A stretch of DNA of 64,000 nt from Gemmatimonadota bacterium (GTDB taxonomy: Bacteria; Gemmatimonadota; Gemmatimonadetes; Longimicrobiales; Gaopeijiaceae). The position numbers and the translations under genes are program-made. Location of the stretch: assembly GCA_039589315.1 (NCBI GenBank), contig JBDHHQ010000010.1, positions 26,939 through 90,938 on the forward strand. The letters are read 5' to 3'. Below, in pieces: positions 35,635-45,953 of this stretch. A model generated the notes under the pieces. That model ran no database searches. It worked only from the letters and a program-made list of their open reading frames with translations, and was not told the DNA's origin. Numbering within the stretch: position 1 is the stretch's first letter; each line of letters opens with the position of its first letter.

Positions 35635-38265
35635 TCAGCTCACGGGCACCCCCCTGTGGGTCGTGGCCCGCTGGATGGCGTTGAAGAGGAGCTTGTAGGT
35701 ACCCCGTGCCTGGCCGCGGTGCTGGGGCCGGAATCCGAACAGCACCACCCTCCCCTGGCCCAACCCGACATTCACCAGGGCGGGGCGGCCGGCCAGATGC
35801 CGCTCCTCGCCCATGGCCCAACCGCTCAGCAGGAGGTCGTCGTGAGCATAGGTGCTCACCACCTCCACCGGCGGCGCCTCGGCTTCGGGAATGTCCTCAC
35901 GCCCTCCCTCACCCGCCCGCGGCAAGCGTACCGGCTCGAAGGCCCTACCCTGAGAGAAGAACGCCGCCACCTGAGGCTGCATGCCGCCGCTCAGCGGATG
36001 ATCCGTGTCCACGTCCATGCGGATCAGGGATCCGGGAATGAAGAACTCCTCCGGGGGAAGATCGCCCAGAGAGTTCCGCACTGGCAGGCCGAAGTGCTCG
36101 ATGGGGAGGTCGGTGGAGGCGTCGAAGGCGATGAGCGTCCCCCCGTCCTCCACGAAGGCCTTGAGCCGTGCCGTGCCCTCTGCCCCGACGCCTCCCACGT
36201 ACGCCTCGGGCATGATCCCCGGCAGGTTGCCGAGAAAGATCTCGTCGCCGGGGTGATTGGGCAGGACGATGGCGTCGTAGCGCGACAGGTCGCCAGTGCG
36301 GATGTCGGCGTCGTGGAGGGTGTCCACGACGAAGTCCGCCTGCTCCAGCACCCAAAGAGTCCACCCCTGGTCGTCGACCCTGGAGTGCCACGCCTTGTAC
36401 AACCCCACGCGGGGCAGCCGCAGCTCTGCCGTCGGGACGCCGGGATCGGCCGCCAAGCCCGCGAACGCCACACCCAGGTCGCGAGCCAGGTCGGACACCG
36501 CCCCCTGCACCCCGCTGCCCGCATGCACGATGAACGTGCCGGCGGCCAGCGCTCCTGCCCCCGGCGCCGCGTCCGTGACCGAGACCGCGTGCCCGTCGGC
36601 CAGCAGTCGGTTCACCGCGGTAAACGCGGCGTTCGAGCCGGCGCCGAGAGCGTACCCGAAGCCGGGATCCCCGGACACCGACCCCGGATCCACTGTCGTC
36701 AGCCCGGCGATCTCCTCCATCGGGGTCTCGAAGGGAGCGTCGATCCGTTCGACGCGGACCCCCATCTGGAGGGGCAGCGTCCAACCCGCCAGATCGTACG
36801 GCGTCTCGGGCGGACCGCCGGGGTAGCGCTGCCGCTCCGGGTAGTTGCGGGGCTCCATCAGGTTGACCACGTGCGGCCGAAACGCCTGACCGGCGAGAAC
36901 GATGTACGACCCCTCCGGGTACTCGGCGCCGCCGGCGTCGAAGCGGTCCGTGGCCCGGTGCACCTCGACGCCGGAATGGCGGAACACGTTGACCAGGTTC
37001 ACCGCCTCGCTGGGATCCCACTGGTCGGGGGGGATCACGTACGCGTACGGTCCTCCCGCTTGGCCTTCCTCGATGGCGTCCCGGCCCATGCTGTAGATGC
37101 CGTAGAGGAAGCGCTCCCGGTAACGTGCCGCCAGGTCGAGGGTGGCGATGGTCGCCTCGATCATGTAGTCGAACGCGTCGCGGATGTGGGACTCGGTGCC
37201 GAACCACGGGTCCGGGTACGAGATGCTGGTGCTGTCGGTCCGGGGAGAGAGGCCGCGGCGAACGTTGATGACCTCGGGCCAATCGTCCGGGTCGTACGTG
37301 CGGGGCGTGGGCGTCCGATGGGCGGTCTCGGTGAGAATGCCGATTTGGTTGTGGAAGTAGGGCGTGAGCCTCATGCCTCCGTTCCACCACATGCTGTACA
37401 CCGATCGGGACATGTAGCCTGGCATGCTCTTGGCCGCGAAGCGGGCCGCCATGGCCGCGCCCACCATGTTCACGCCGGTGGTCACTCCTGCGGGAATGTC
37501 CGGGTTGACCGGATCCGCGAAGGGCGGGATGAAGATCCGGGCGTGAGGCGGCGAGGTCTGATGGTGGTTGTAGACGATCTGGGGATACCATTCGTGATAG
37601 AGGACCCGTGAGACGGCCCGGGTCTCCGGCATGTTGGCCATGAACCAGTCGCGGTTGTTGTCGGTCCCCGCCCACGGCTGGCCGAGCCGTGGGGGACGGG
37701 TGGTTTCGAACGGTGTGCCGCGGACCTCTCGGTACCAGGACACGTCGTTGGCCACTCCATCCGGGTTGAGGGCGGGCATGAGGAGGGTGACGACGTTGTC
37801 GCGGATGAACCGGATCTCGGGATCCTCGGACGTCACCAGCCGGTGGGCCAGCTCGGGGGTCATCTGGGCCGTGGCGAACTCCTGGTCGTCCATCCCTCCG
37901 TCGATCCAGACGACGGCCTTCCCGTTCGCGGACAATTCCCGGGCCTCGGCCTCGCCGATGCGGGCGCGGGACAGGCGCTCGCTGGTGGATCGCCAGCGCT
38001 CCAGCTGGCGCATGTTCTCCTCGCTCGAGATGAACAGGAGCAGCAGGGGCTGGTCGCGCGCGGTCCTCCCCACCTCCACCAGCTCGGCCCGAGGCGTGGA
38101 AGCTGCCAGATCCCGGAAGTAGGCCTGCATCTGCCCGTAGTCCGCCACCTCATAGTCCGCGCCCGGCGGAAAGCCGAACGCCTCTTCGGGCGACGGAACC
38201 TGGGAGGACAGGGACGGGGGCGACACCAGGCCGGCGGCGATCAAGAGCGCGAGGAGAAAGCGCAT
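35635..38265 (-). CDS. M14 zinc carboxypeptidase-like protein with C-terminal glutamine amidotransferase-like domain
   Basis: Signal peptide, NPDG, DNNRD, YNHHQ, ILTET, PYDLAGWTLP, LFGFRPQHR. Confidence 0.9.
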   Translation of the reverse strand: MRFLLALLIAAGLVSPPSLSSQVPSPEEAFGFPPGADYEVADYGQMQAYFRDLAASTPRAELVEVGRTARDQPLLLLFISSEENMRQLERWRSTSERLSRARIGEAEARELSANGKAVVWIDGGMDDQEFATAQMTPELAHRLVTSEDPEIRFIRDNVVTLLMPALNPDGVANDVSWYREVRGTPFETTRPPRLGQPWAGTDNNRDWFMANMPETRAVSRVLYHEWYPQIVYNHHQTSPPHARIFIPPFADPVNPDIPAGVTTGVNMVGAAMAARFAAKSMPGYMSRSVYSMWWNGGMRLTPYFHNQIGILTETAHRTPTPRTYDPDDWPEVINVRRGLSPRTDSTSISYPDPWFGTESHIRDAFDYMIEATIATLDLAARYRERFLYGIYSMGRDAIEEGQAGGPYAYVIPPDQWDPSEAVNLVNVFRHSGVEVHRATDRFDAGGAEYPEGSYIVLAGQAFRPHVVNLMEPRNYPERQRYPGGPPETPYDLAGWTLPLQMGVRVERIDAPFETPMEEIAGLTTVDPGSVSGDPGFGYALGAGSNAAFTAVNRLLADGHAVSVTDAAPGAGALAAGTFIVHAGSGVQGAVSDLARDLGVAFAGLAADPGVPTAELRLPRVGLYKAWHSRVDDQGWTLWVLEQADFVVDTLHDADIRTGDLSRYDAIVLPNHPGDEIFLGNLPGIMPEAYVGGVGAEGTARLKAFVEDGGTLIAFDASTDLPIEHFGLPVRNSLGDLPPEEFFIPGSLIRMDVDTDHPLSGGMQPQVAAFFSQGRAFEPVRLPRAGEGGREDIPEAEAPPVEVVSTYAHDDLLLSGWAMGEERHLAGRPALVNVGLGQGRVVLFGFRPQHRGQARGTYKLLFNAIQRATTHRGVPVS

Positions 38266-38407
38266 GGTCGGAACTCCGTTTTTCTGGGCGACTCGATCGC
38301 GGCGAGGTCGGGGTCTGAGGTACGATACTCGGGCCGCCCGGGGTGGTGGGCAAGCGGACGGATCGAGCGGCTCGTGTTCCCGTGTTGGGGCTGGGGGCGA
38401 CGGCGCC

Positions 38408-39853
38408 CTACCCCCCCGTCGGCGCCCGGATCGCCCGACCCGGGCGCGCGCCTGACACCAGCTCCCCGTCGCGCACGACCCTCACGCCGTTCAGCACGAC
38501 GTGGGGAATCCCCTGGGAGGGAGCCGTGGGATCGGTGTAGGTGGCGCGGTCCGTGACGGCCTCCGGGTCGAAGACCGTGATGTCTGCGTCGGCCCCCACC
38601 TGGATCCGGCCCTTCCGGGCCATCTGCGGCACCCGGGCCTGAAGCCGCCGCGCCGGCTCGATGGTCATGCGGCGAATCGCGTCGGGCAGCTCCACCAGAC
38701 CCTCGTCTCGGACGTACTGGCCAAGCACCTTGGCGTTGGTCCCGGAGGTACGAGGGTGACCCCTCCCGTCCATGACGCCCCCGTCGCTGGCGATCATGGT
38801 CAGCGGACTGCCGATGGCCGCCCGGGTCATCTCCTCGGTCCGGCCATGGATGATGACCGCCCCGCCCTGTTCCCGGTAGCGGCCGAACGATTCCCGGGTG
38901 AGGCGCTCCCCCGTCTCCACCCACTGGTGAATGCCGAACTGCTCGTCGTCCCACTCCTGCCAGTCGTCGAAGAGGGCCGACTCGATGGCGGTCATGCCGG
39001 CGCCGTACGGATACGCCTCGGTGGTGACGTCCTGGCCGGCCTGCTGGGCCTCGTGGATCATCGTCACGAAGTCGGCAGTATAGGCGCCGCCGCTCGAGTT
39101 CGCGTGGACCACGTGGAGCGGCGCTCCGGCGTCGGCAGCGGTCTCCAACGCCTCGATGAGCCCCTCCAGTCCCCCACGGACGTGGATGTGGGACGACGCG
39201 CCATGGGCAGCCGCCACGTCGAGCATGGCGCGAAACTCGGTCGTGGTGGCGGCGGGCGTGTACGCCAGCCCGAACCCCACCGCCACCGCACCCTGGTCCA
39301 GACCCTCCTCGATGCGCCGGGCGATCTCGGCCACCTGCTCCTCCGACGCCGGGGCGCTCCCGCCGGGACCGCTGGGCAGGAACGTGCCTTCGTCGCCCAT
39401 CACCGCCATGCGCACCGGTATGTGGCCGATGCTCACCCCGTAGTTGACGATCTGCCCGCCCTCGAGGCCTGCGTACCACCCCTCCACATCTGCCGTCCCC
39501 ACCTCGAGCTCGAACACGCTGGTGACGCCGTCCCGGGCCATCAGGCCGAAGGTCTCGTCGTTCTGGCGGTGGACGTGCAAGTCGATGAAGCCGGGCACCA
39601 CGACCAGGCCGGTGGCCGCGATGGTGTCGACCCCCTCGAGCCCGTCGGTGGTCACCGCTTCGATGCGGCCGCCCCGGATGCCCACGTTACGCACCTCGTC
39701 CAGGCCGGTCTCGGGGTCCAGGACGCGGCCGCCGGCGATCACGAGGTCGTAGGGACCGGCGGGTGCGGGCTCCTGGCAGGCCGTGAGCGCGGCGGCTACG
39801 GCGGTGGCCAACACCAGGCCGCTCCTCTGGGCGCGGATCGATCTGAACGTCAT
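38408..39853 (-). CDS. N-acyl-D-amino-acid deacylase-like amidohydrolase, lipoprotein
   Basis: LTAC lipobox, PGFIDLHVH, EAYPY, ASDG, HPR, GADADITVFD. Confidence 0.9.
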   Translation of the reverse strand: MTFRSIRAQRSGLVLATAVAAALTACQEPAPAGPYDLVIAGGRVLDPETGLDEVRNVGIRGGRIEAVTTDGLEGVDTIAATGLVVVPGFIDLHVHRQNDETFGLMARDGVTSVFELEVGTADVEGWYAGLEGGQIVNYGVSIGHIPVRMAVMGDEGTFLPSGPGGSAPASEEQVAEIARRIEEGLDQGAVAVGFGLAYTPAATTTEFRAMLDVAAAHGASSHIHVRGGLEGLIEALETAADAGAPLHVVHANSSGGAYTADFVTMIHEAQQAGQDVTTEAYPYGAGMTAIESALFDDWQEWDDEQFGIHQWVETGERLTRESFGRYREQGGAVIIHGRTEEMTRAAIGSPLTMIASDGGVMDGRGHPRTSGTNAKVLGQYVRDEGLVELPDAIRRMTIEPARRLQARVPQMARKGRIQVGADADITVFDPEAVTDRATYTDPTAPSQGIPHVVLNGVRVVRDGELVSGARPGRAIRAPTGG

Positions 39854-39875
39854 GCTCAGGGCCTCCAGGAGTGGG

Positions 39876-41120
39876 TCAACGGTCGGCTGCGTCGATGAGT
39901 GCGGTGAGAAACGGGCCCAGGATGTTGGTCTGGCCTGCGCCGAACAGGTTCCAGCTGTTCACCACGCCGATGAGCTCATGCTGGGGCAGGATCAGCAGGT
40001 ACTGACCCCCGAAGCCGAGACCCGCCCAAACCTGGACGTCGCCCCGGTCGAGCCGCCACCACTGGTAGCCGTAGCCGAATCCGGCGCTGTTCACCTCGGG
40101 TACGTGCTCCTCGGTCGCGCGGACCGACCACCCTGCGGGCAGGATCCTCTCTCCGTCCCAGACGCCCTCGTTCAGATACAGGTAACCGACCTTCGCGAGC
40201 TGCTCGGCCTCCAGGTACAGACCTCCCTCCGTGTCGGGGTAGCCCCCGGGCGTCTTCTTCCAGTGGTACGACCGGATTCCCAGTGGGCCGAACAGGTGGG
40301 CCTCGGCGTAGGCGTCGACGAACCGGCCCGTGGCCGCACGGATCACGCCGGACATCAGGTGACTGCCCCCGCTGTTGTATGCCCACTTCGTACCCGGCGC
40401 CGCGTCCATGGGTTGGTCCAGCGTGAACTGGATCCAGTCCTCCGACCATTCCAGTTGGATCGTGGTGTTGGTCTCGTCCAGGGGCCGGTCCTGCTCGTGC
40501 CATTCGATGCCGGACCGCATCGTGAGCAGGTCCTCCAGCGTCGCGTCGTGGAGTCGTGGGTCCACGCCGGAAAGGTCGTAGTCCTGGAAGAAGGACAGCA
40601 GCGGCGTGTCCAGCCCCGGGATGTCCCCCCGCTGGATCGCCACGCCGATCAGCGTCGCCGTGACCGACTTGGTCACGGACTGGAGGGAGTGGAGGTCCTG
40701 CCCCTGGTGATGGGGGTGGAAGTCGGGGTGCAGGTAGTTGTACTGGTGAACCTCCTCCTCGCGCTCACACGTTTCCCACCCACAGCCCAGGCCGCTTCTG
40801 GTCTCTCCCCTGCTGATCTGCCGGTAGTCGTTCTCGTAGCGGTGGCTCGTCACCAGCCGCCCGTTCCGCACCACGACCAGCCGATCGATCAGGCCGTAGG
40901 TACCCGCGCGCACCTCCCGGTGGATGGCCTCCAGCGGCGCCGGATCCAGGCTCTGGCTCGCGGGTGTGGCCAGGGCCCAGCCATCCGTGGGCCAGAGAGC
41001 TTCCTGCGCTGCGAGCGGTCCCGAGGTCGGCAGGCAGGGGCTCGTGGCCGGGACCGCACCGAGGCACGCGATCGCCCCACCGAGGCGGCCGGCCGTCAGC
41101 ACCGCGCGGCGACGCCTCAC
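39876..41120 (-). CDS. Serine hydrolase, beta-lactamase family
   Basis: SVTK (SxxK), LLTMRSG, WAYNS, YGYQWW, GFGGQ; GTG start overlaps the upstream stop. Confidence 0.9.
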   Translation of the reverse strand: MRRRRAVLTAGRLGGAIACLGAVPATSPCLPTSGPLAAQEALWPTDGWALATPASQSLDPAPLEAIHREVRAGTYGLIDRLVVVRNGRLVTSHRYENDYRQISRGETRSGLGCGWETCEREEEVHQYNYLHPDFHPHHQGQDLHSLQSVTKSVTATLIGVAIQRGDIPGLDTPLLSFFQDYDLSGVDPRLHDATLEDLLTMRSGIEWHEQDRPLDETNTTIQLEWSEDWIQFTLDQPMDAAPGTKWAYNSGGSHLMSGVIRAATGRFVDAYAEAHLFGPLGIRSYHWKKTPGGYPDTEGGLYLEAEQLAKVGYLYLNEGVWDGERILPAGWSVRATEEHVPEVNSAGFGYGYQWWRLDRGDVQVWAGLGFGGQYLLILPQHELIGVVNSWNLFGAGQTNILGPFLTALIDAADR

Positions 41121-41671
41121 CAGGCCCCCGTGCCCGGCTCGCCCTTGAACGGCCCTACGACGTCCGACGTGACCCATCCTCCGTAGAAGCTGCCCGGCTG
41201 AGGCCGGACGCGCTCGCCATCGACGTAGCACTCGACCGCATCGGGGTAGAAGGCGTAATAACCGGTGATCTCGACGAAAGCCGGGAAGGGATACTCGTAG
41301 GTCCACGCCACCTGCTCAAGCAGGCCCGACGGCAGCTGCACCGACTTGTAGGTAGCCGTCCCCTTCCACTCGCAGCGCGAACCCCCGGGGGCGTCTCTCA
41401 GGACGCCCCCGTGGACGTCCTCCGGCGGGATGTAGAACGTGGGCGGGCTCGCAGTCTCCAGAACCCGGATCGCGTTGCGCGTATCGGCGATCACCACATC
41501 TCCCGATCGCACCACGACATGCCGGCTGTCGGGAGCGCGGCGCGGCGGTCGAGGGTAATCCCAGACCGACTCCTGGCCCGGCCCCGGCTCGATGGCGAAC
41601 CTCGGCCGCTTCTTGCCGACCCAGCGCCACTGGCCTCGGGCTCGCGTAACCCACTTAGGTAGGGGCGTCAT
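41117..41671 (-). CDS. DUF427 domain protein
   Basis: ESVWDYPRPP, LET..PPTFY, CEWKG, QPGSFYGGW. Confidence 0.9.
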   Translation of the reverse strand: MTPLPKWVTRARGQWRWVGKKRPRFAIEPGPGQESVWDYPRPPRRAPDSRHVVVRSGDVVIADTRNAIRVLETASPPTFYIPPEDVHGGVLRDAPGGSRCEWKGTATYKSVQLPSGLLEQVAWTYEYPFPAFVEITGYYAFYPDAVECYVDGERVRPQPGSFYGGWVTSDVVGPFKGEPGTGAW

Positions 41672-41773
41672 CAAGGCCCTTCCTTCCACTGAACACATCG
41701 CTCGGTCACTCGTTCTCCTCGTCCGAGCTGGCGGCCCCGGCGATACCCCAAGACCCCCGAGGGAGTCGCGGGT

Positions 41774-42451
41774 TCACGGATCCGTGCTCCGTCGCACCAC
41801 CCAGACCAGCTCCGACAGTTGAACGGACGCCCATGCGCCGGTCTGGTCGGTGTCGATCATGAGACCGACCGACGTGATCTCGTCCGGCTCCTCGTCGAAC
41901 GCTTTCCGGTAATCCGCCACCACGTCCCGGACCTCCTGGAGCCAGGCCCCCGCCCGGTCGGCTGCATTCCGCACGACCACCACGGCCAGCCGGTCGGAGA
42001 CGTGGGAGAGGAACGCGTCCCCACGGGCCTCGGGCCCGCCCCAGGTGTAGAAGATCATGCGAGGCCGGGAGAAGAGACCCGGACGGCCGAAGGCCACGAA
42101 GACCCGACCGGGAGCGTCGTCCCGCTCGGGGTCGCGCAAATCCGCGCCCGGCACGTGTGCCGCGACGCGCCACCTCCACCGCAGCTCCCCACCCCTGGGC
42201 TCCAGCGGGTCCTCCAACTCCAACCAACTCTGGCCGGCGGCGCCGGCGGCTGTCAGCATCAGCGCCGGGCGGTCCGCATACCAGACCATTCCCGCGGCGG
42301 GCGGACGCGCGCCGTTCACGGCCCTGAGCTGCCACCCGTAAGGAACGGGTTCGCCGGGCAGCGTGCGGTCCAACCCATCCAGGCGCACCGTGTCACTGGG
42401 TGCCCCGAGCTGCGTCGATATCACGAACACGCCCAGCAGCGTCACGTTCAT
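41774..42451 (-). CDS. DUF3047 domain protein
   Basis: LRWRWRV, DDAPGRVFVAF, YTW, RDVVADY..AF, MIDTDQT. Confidence 0.85.
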   Translation of the reverse strand: MNVTLLGVFVISTQLGAPSDTVRLDGLDRTLPGEPVPYGWQLRAVNGARPPAAGMVWYADRPALMLTAAGAAGQSWLELEDPLEPRGGELRWRWRVAAHVPGADLRDPERDDAPGRVFVAFGRPGLFSRPRMIFYTWGGPEARGDAFLSHVSDRLAVVVVRNAADRAGAWLQEVRDVVADYRKAFDEEPDEITSVGLMIDTDQTGAWASVQLSELVWVVRRSTDP

Positions 42452-42541
42452 GCGCTCACCAACTCGACAGTCACGTCCCTCCGCACTAGTGTGCTCCCCC
42501 GTTTCCACGGCCCGCACCACGACACCAAGCTGGGGAGAAGC

Positions 42542-44146
42542 ATGCCGTACCGTCGAGTCCTCGCGCTCAGAACGATCCCTTCCATCATCCTCGTCTGGGC
42601 GTTGTGGGCCACTCCCTCGGGCGTGGTGGGTCAGACGTTCGCCACGGAAGACCACGTCCTTCACGGCATCTGGCAGGAAGGCATGGAGCGGTCCCGTCTG
42701 CATGAAATGGCCCAGGCCCTGATGGACTCCATCGGACCCAGGCTGACGGGCTCGCCGAGGCATGAGGCTGGAAACCGCTGGCTGCTGGAGAGATACGGTG
42801 CGTTCGGCATCGAAGCCCGGACCGAGAGCTACGGCACTTGGCTCCGTTGGCGCCGGGGACGCACGCACGTGGATCTGGTGGAGCCGCGAGTGCGGACGCT
42901 CGACGCAACGGCCCTGGCCTGGACGCCCGGTACGGACGCCGAGACGGTCCGGGGAGACGTCACGGTTCTCCCCCAGGTCCTGGGACCCGACGATTTCGAG
43001 GCCTGGCTCCCCTCCGTCGAGGGGAGGTTCGTGGCGATCTCCGCACCCGAGCCCACCTGTCGGCCGGACCCCTTCCTGCAAGCGTACGCCTCCCGGGCGT
43101 CGGCCGGAGAGGTGCAGTCGGCCCGGGCGCACGCACTACAGGATTGGACCGCCAACGTCCGCCGCATGGGCTTCGACGCCGACGAGTCCCGGCGGAGCCT
43201 CTGGCCGCTGGCACAACGGCTGGAGCAGGCGGGGGCCGTAGGTGTCCTCACGTCCGACTGGCCCCAGGGGTGGGGCGTCCACCGGGTCTTCAATGGCGGC
43301 ACCGAGGCCGTCCCCACACTGGGTCTCTCGTGCGAGGACTACGGCCTGGTTCACCGACTGGCGACGCGGGGCCAGGGCGCGGTGCTCGAGGTCATGTCCG
43401 AAAGCGAGTTCCTGGGCGAGGGACCGGTCTATAACGTCATCGCCGAGATTGCCGGCACGGAGCTGCCGGACGAATACGTCCTGCTCTCGGCCCACTTCGA
43501 CTCCTGGGACGGAGGCTCCGGGGCCACCGACAACGGGACCGGCACCGTGGTCATGCTGGAGGCGATGCGCATCCTGAGCACGGTGTACCCGAACCCGCGA
43601 CGGACCATTCTGGTGGGACACTGGAGCGGCGAGGAGCAGGGTCTCAACGGATCGCGTGGCTTCGCCCAGGATCACCCGGAGGTGGTGCAAGGTCTCCAGG
43701 CCATGTTCAACCAGGACAACGGCACCTTCCGGGTCACCGAAATGGGCCCCTCGGGACTCACGGCCGCGGCTGGCAGCCTGGCCCGCTGGCTGGCTCTGAT
43801 CCCGGAGGAGATCACCAGCCAGATCACCTTCGTCGCGCCCGGGGTCCCGGCAAGCGGAGGGAGCGATCACGCGGCCATGGTGTGCTACGGCGCGCCGGGG
43901 TTCCGACTGCAGTCGGACTACGGGGACTACCGCAACTACACCTGGCACACGAATCGGGATACCTTCGACAAGGTGGTGTTCCCCGAGGTCCGGAACAACG
44001 CCACCCTGACCGCCATGTTGGCGTATTTGGCCGCGGAAGATCCGGTCAAGACGCCGCGGGAACAGCGGACGGTGTTCGGAGACGATCTGGAGGGTTGGCC
44101 CGACTGTGAGCCTGCGGGGAGGAGCTATGACCAGCGGCGGCGCTAG
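42542..44146 (+). CDS. M28 family peptidase
   Basis: IGPRLTGS, SAHFDSWD, GATDNGTG, GEEQG, SDH, WHT. Confidence 0.93.
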   Translation: MPYRRVLALRTIPSIILVWALWATPSGVVGQTFATEDHVLHGIWQEGMERSRLHEMAQALMDSIGPRLTGSPRHEAGNRWLLERYGAFGIEARTESYGTWLRWRRGRTHVDLVEPRVRTLDATALAWTPGTDAETVRGDVTVLPQVLGPDDFEAWLPSVEGRFVAISAPEPTCRPDPFLQAYASRASAGEVQSARAHALQDWTANVRRMGFDADESRRSLWPLAQRLEQAGAVGVLTSDWPQGWGVHRVFNGGTEAVPTLGLSCEDYGLVHRLATRGQGAVLEVMSESEFLGEGPVYNVIAEIAGTELPDEYVLLSAHFDSWDGGSGATDNGTGTVVMLEAMRILSTVYPNPRRTILVGHWSGEEQGLNGSRGFAQDHPEVVQGLQAMFNQDNGTFRVTEMGPSGLTAAAGSLARWLALIPEEITSQITFVAPGVPASGGSDHAAMVCYGAPGFRLQSDYGDYRNYTWHTNRDTFDKVVFPEVRNNATLTAMLAYLAAEDPVKTPREQRTVFGDDLEGWPDCEPAGRSYDQRRR

Positions 44147-45038
44147 GGCGATCGCGGCGGGCCTGGTGGCGTGGGTCGCCGCCTGTGGCGAGGCGCCCGT
44201 GCCCAAGGTCCTGGTCGTCGGCATCGACGGTGTCCGACCGGACGTGTTGGCCGCGGTGCACACGCCCAACCTGGACGCGCTCGCGGCGGACGGGCTGTAC
44301 AGCGCCGAGGCCCAGACCGGCTCGCCTACCGTGTCGGGCCCCGGCTGGTCGAGCCTGCTGATCGGCGTGTGGCCCGACAAGCACGGCGTGACGAGCAACG
44401 ACTTCACCGCGAACGCCTACGACCGTCACCCCGACTTCCTGACCCGCCTCGAACAGACGGATTCGAGCTTCAGCACCCTGGCCGTCGTGGACTGGCGGCC
44501 CTTGGCGGACACCACCGACGGGGGCCCGTTGATCTCCCCCGCCGTCGATTCGTTGGTGCTGTTGGACGGCTACGAGGTCGGGTGGCTGGCGGCGGACTTC
44601 TTCCTCACGGACGTGGCAGGGGACCTCATCACGACTTCGGACGTGGACGCGGCGTTCGTGTATCTGGGAGCCCCCGACGAGGTCAGCCACGAAACCGGAG
44701 CGATCGGCGAGGACTACCAGCACGCGCTGGCCGCTTCCGACAACCTCGTGGGCAAGCTGGTGGAGGCCGTCCGGTCCCGTCCGACCTACGCCGATGAGGA
44801 CTGGCTCATCATCGTCAGCAGCGACCATGGGCGGCGGGATGACGGCGGCCACGGAGGCGAGTCTCCCGAGGAGAAAACGATCCCGTTCCTGCTGAGCGGA
44901 CCCTCCGTTCAGGGCCAGCTGCTGGAGGCGCCTCGCATCGTCGACGTCGCCGTCACCGCTCTGGCTCATATGGGCGTTACGCCGGAACCGGCCTGGGAGC
45001 TGGACGGACGTGCCATAGGCATCTCACCCGTCCGGTGA
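44127..45038 (+). CDS. Alkaline phosphatase superfamily / type I phosphodiesterase lipoprotein
   Basis: VAAC lipobox, GIDGVR, TVSGPGWS, D..SH, SDHG. Confidence 0.88.
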   Translation: MTSGGARAIAAGLVAWVAACGEAPVPKVLVVGIDGVRPDVLAAVHTPNLDALAADGLYSAEAQTGSPTVSGPGWSSLLIGVWPDKHGVTSNDFTANAYDRHPDFLTRLEQTDSSFSTLAVVDWRPLADTTDGGPLISPAVDSLVLLDGYEVGWLAADFFLTDVAGDLITTSDVDAAFVYLGAPDEVSHETGAIGEDYQHALAASDNLVGKLVEAVRSRPTYADEDWLIIVSSDHGRRDDGGHGGESPEEKTIPFLLSGPSVQGQLLEAPRIVDVAVTALAHMGVTPEPAWELDGRAIGISPVR

Positions 45039-45099
45039 CCAGGTGGCCGACGGGGTGGCGGCACCTCACCGCAATTCGTCCCCACCGGTAGGCGCCCCC

Positions 45100-45915
45100 A
45101 TGCCCAGCGGTCCGCCCCGCCCCGACAGTCCCGAGTTCTTCCGGGAGCGCTATGGCCGCCCGCGCCTGGAGGGAGCCCGGCAGGTGGACCGGTCGGTGCT
45201 GGGTCACGACGCCGGCCTCAACGGCTACACCACGGTGGACGAAGCCGATACCCTGGCCGAGCATCTCGAGCTGGGGCCGGATCGACATCTGCTCGATCTG
45301 GGCGCCGGCCGGGGATGGCCGGGCTCCTATCTGGCCCTGCGGAGCGGATGCCGCGTCGTGATGACCGACATTCCCCTTGAGGCCCTCCGGCAGGCTTTGA
45401 CGTACGCCGAAAGCCGCGAGGTGGCAGGGCATGCGTGGGCCATCGCCGCCGAGGGTAGCGCACTTCCCTTTCGATGCCGGCGCTTCGATGCCGTCACCCA
45501 CGCGGACGTCTTCTGCTGACTGCCCAACAAGCTCTCCGTGATGAGAGAATGCAGACGGATTCTGAAGCCCGGTGGACGTGTCGCCGGATACCTGATCCAT
45601 ACGCCCCCCGGCCTCGCCGATCGGGCATACGAGCGCGCGAGCGAGCTGGGGCCGGCGGAAGCCGTGACCCCCGAGCCCCTTACGGAGCTCGTCGCTGCCG
45701 CCGGTCTGAATCTCGTCGCCCTTCAGGACGTCACCAACGATTTCAGGCAGACATGCCGCGCCATCCTCGATGCCCGCCGTGATCACGAGACGGCCCTCCG
45801 CGCCGAGGAGGGCGACGAGGTGTTCGAGGACGGACAGGCGCAGAAGGACGCGGTGCTCGCCGGAATCGACGAAGGACTGCTTCTGCGCTCGCTGCTCGTA
45901 GCCGAACGGCGGTAG
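45100..45915 (+). CDS. Class I SAM-dependent methyltransferase with in-frame TGA (probable selenocysteine, C139-U140)
   Basis: Two same-frame ORFs join across TGA 45517-45519 into LLDLGAGRG...FDAVTHADVFC*LPNKLSVMRECRRILKPGG; hairpin directly downstream. Confidence 0.8.
45520..45554 (+). promoter_or_regulatory. Candidate bacterial SECIS element
   Basis: CTGC..CTCTC-CGTGAT-GAGAG..GCAG; apical loop begins 17 nt after TGA with G at loop position 2 followed by U. Confidence 0.65.
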
Positions 45916-45953
45916 CCCGCCCCTCTACACCGCCGCGTTGGGCGTCTCGCCCC

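Noticed and set aside
45538..45915. Separate 125-aa gene downstream of a truncated methyltransferase
   Set aside because: It is the in-frame second half of the same Rossmann fold and has no RBS of its own
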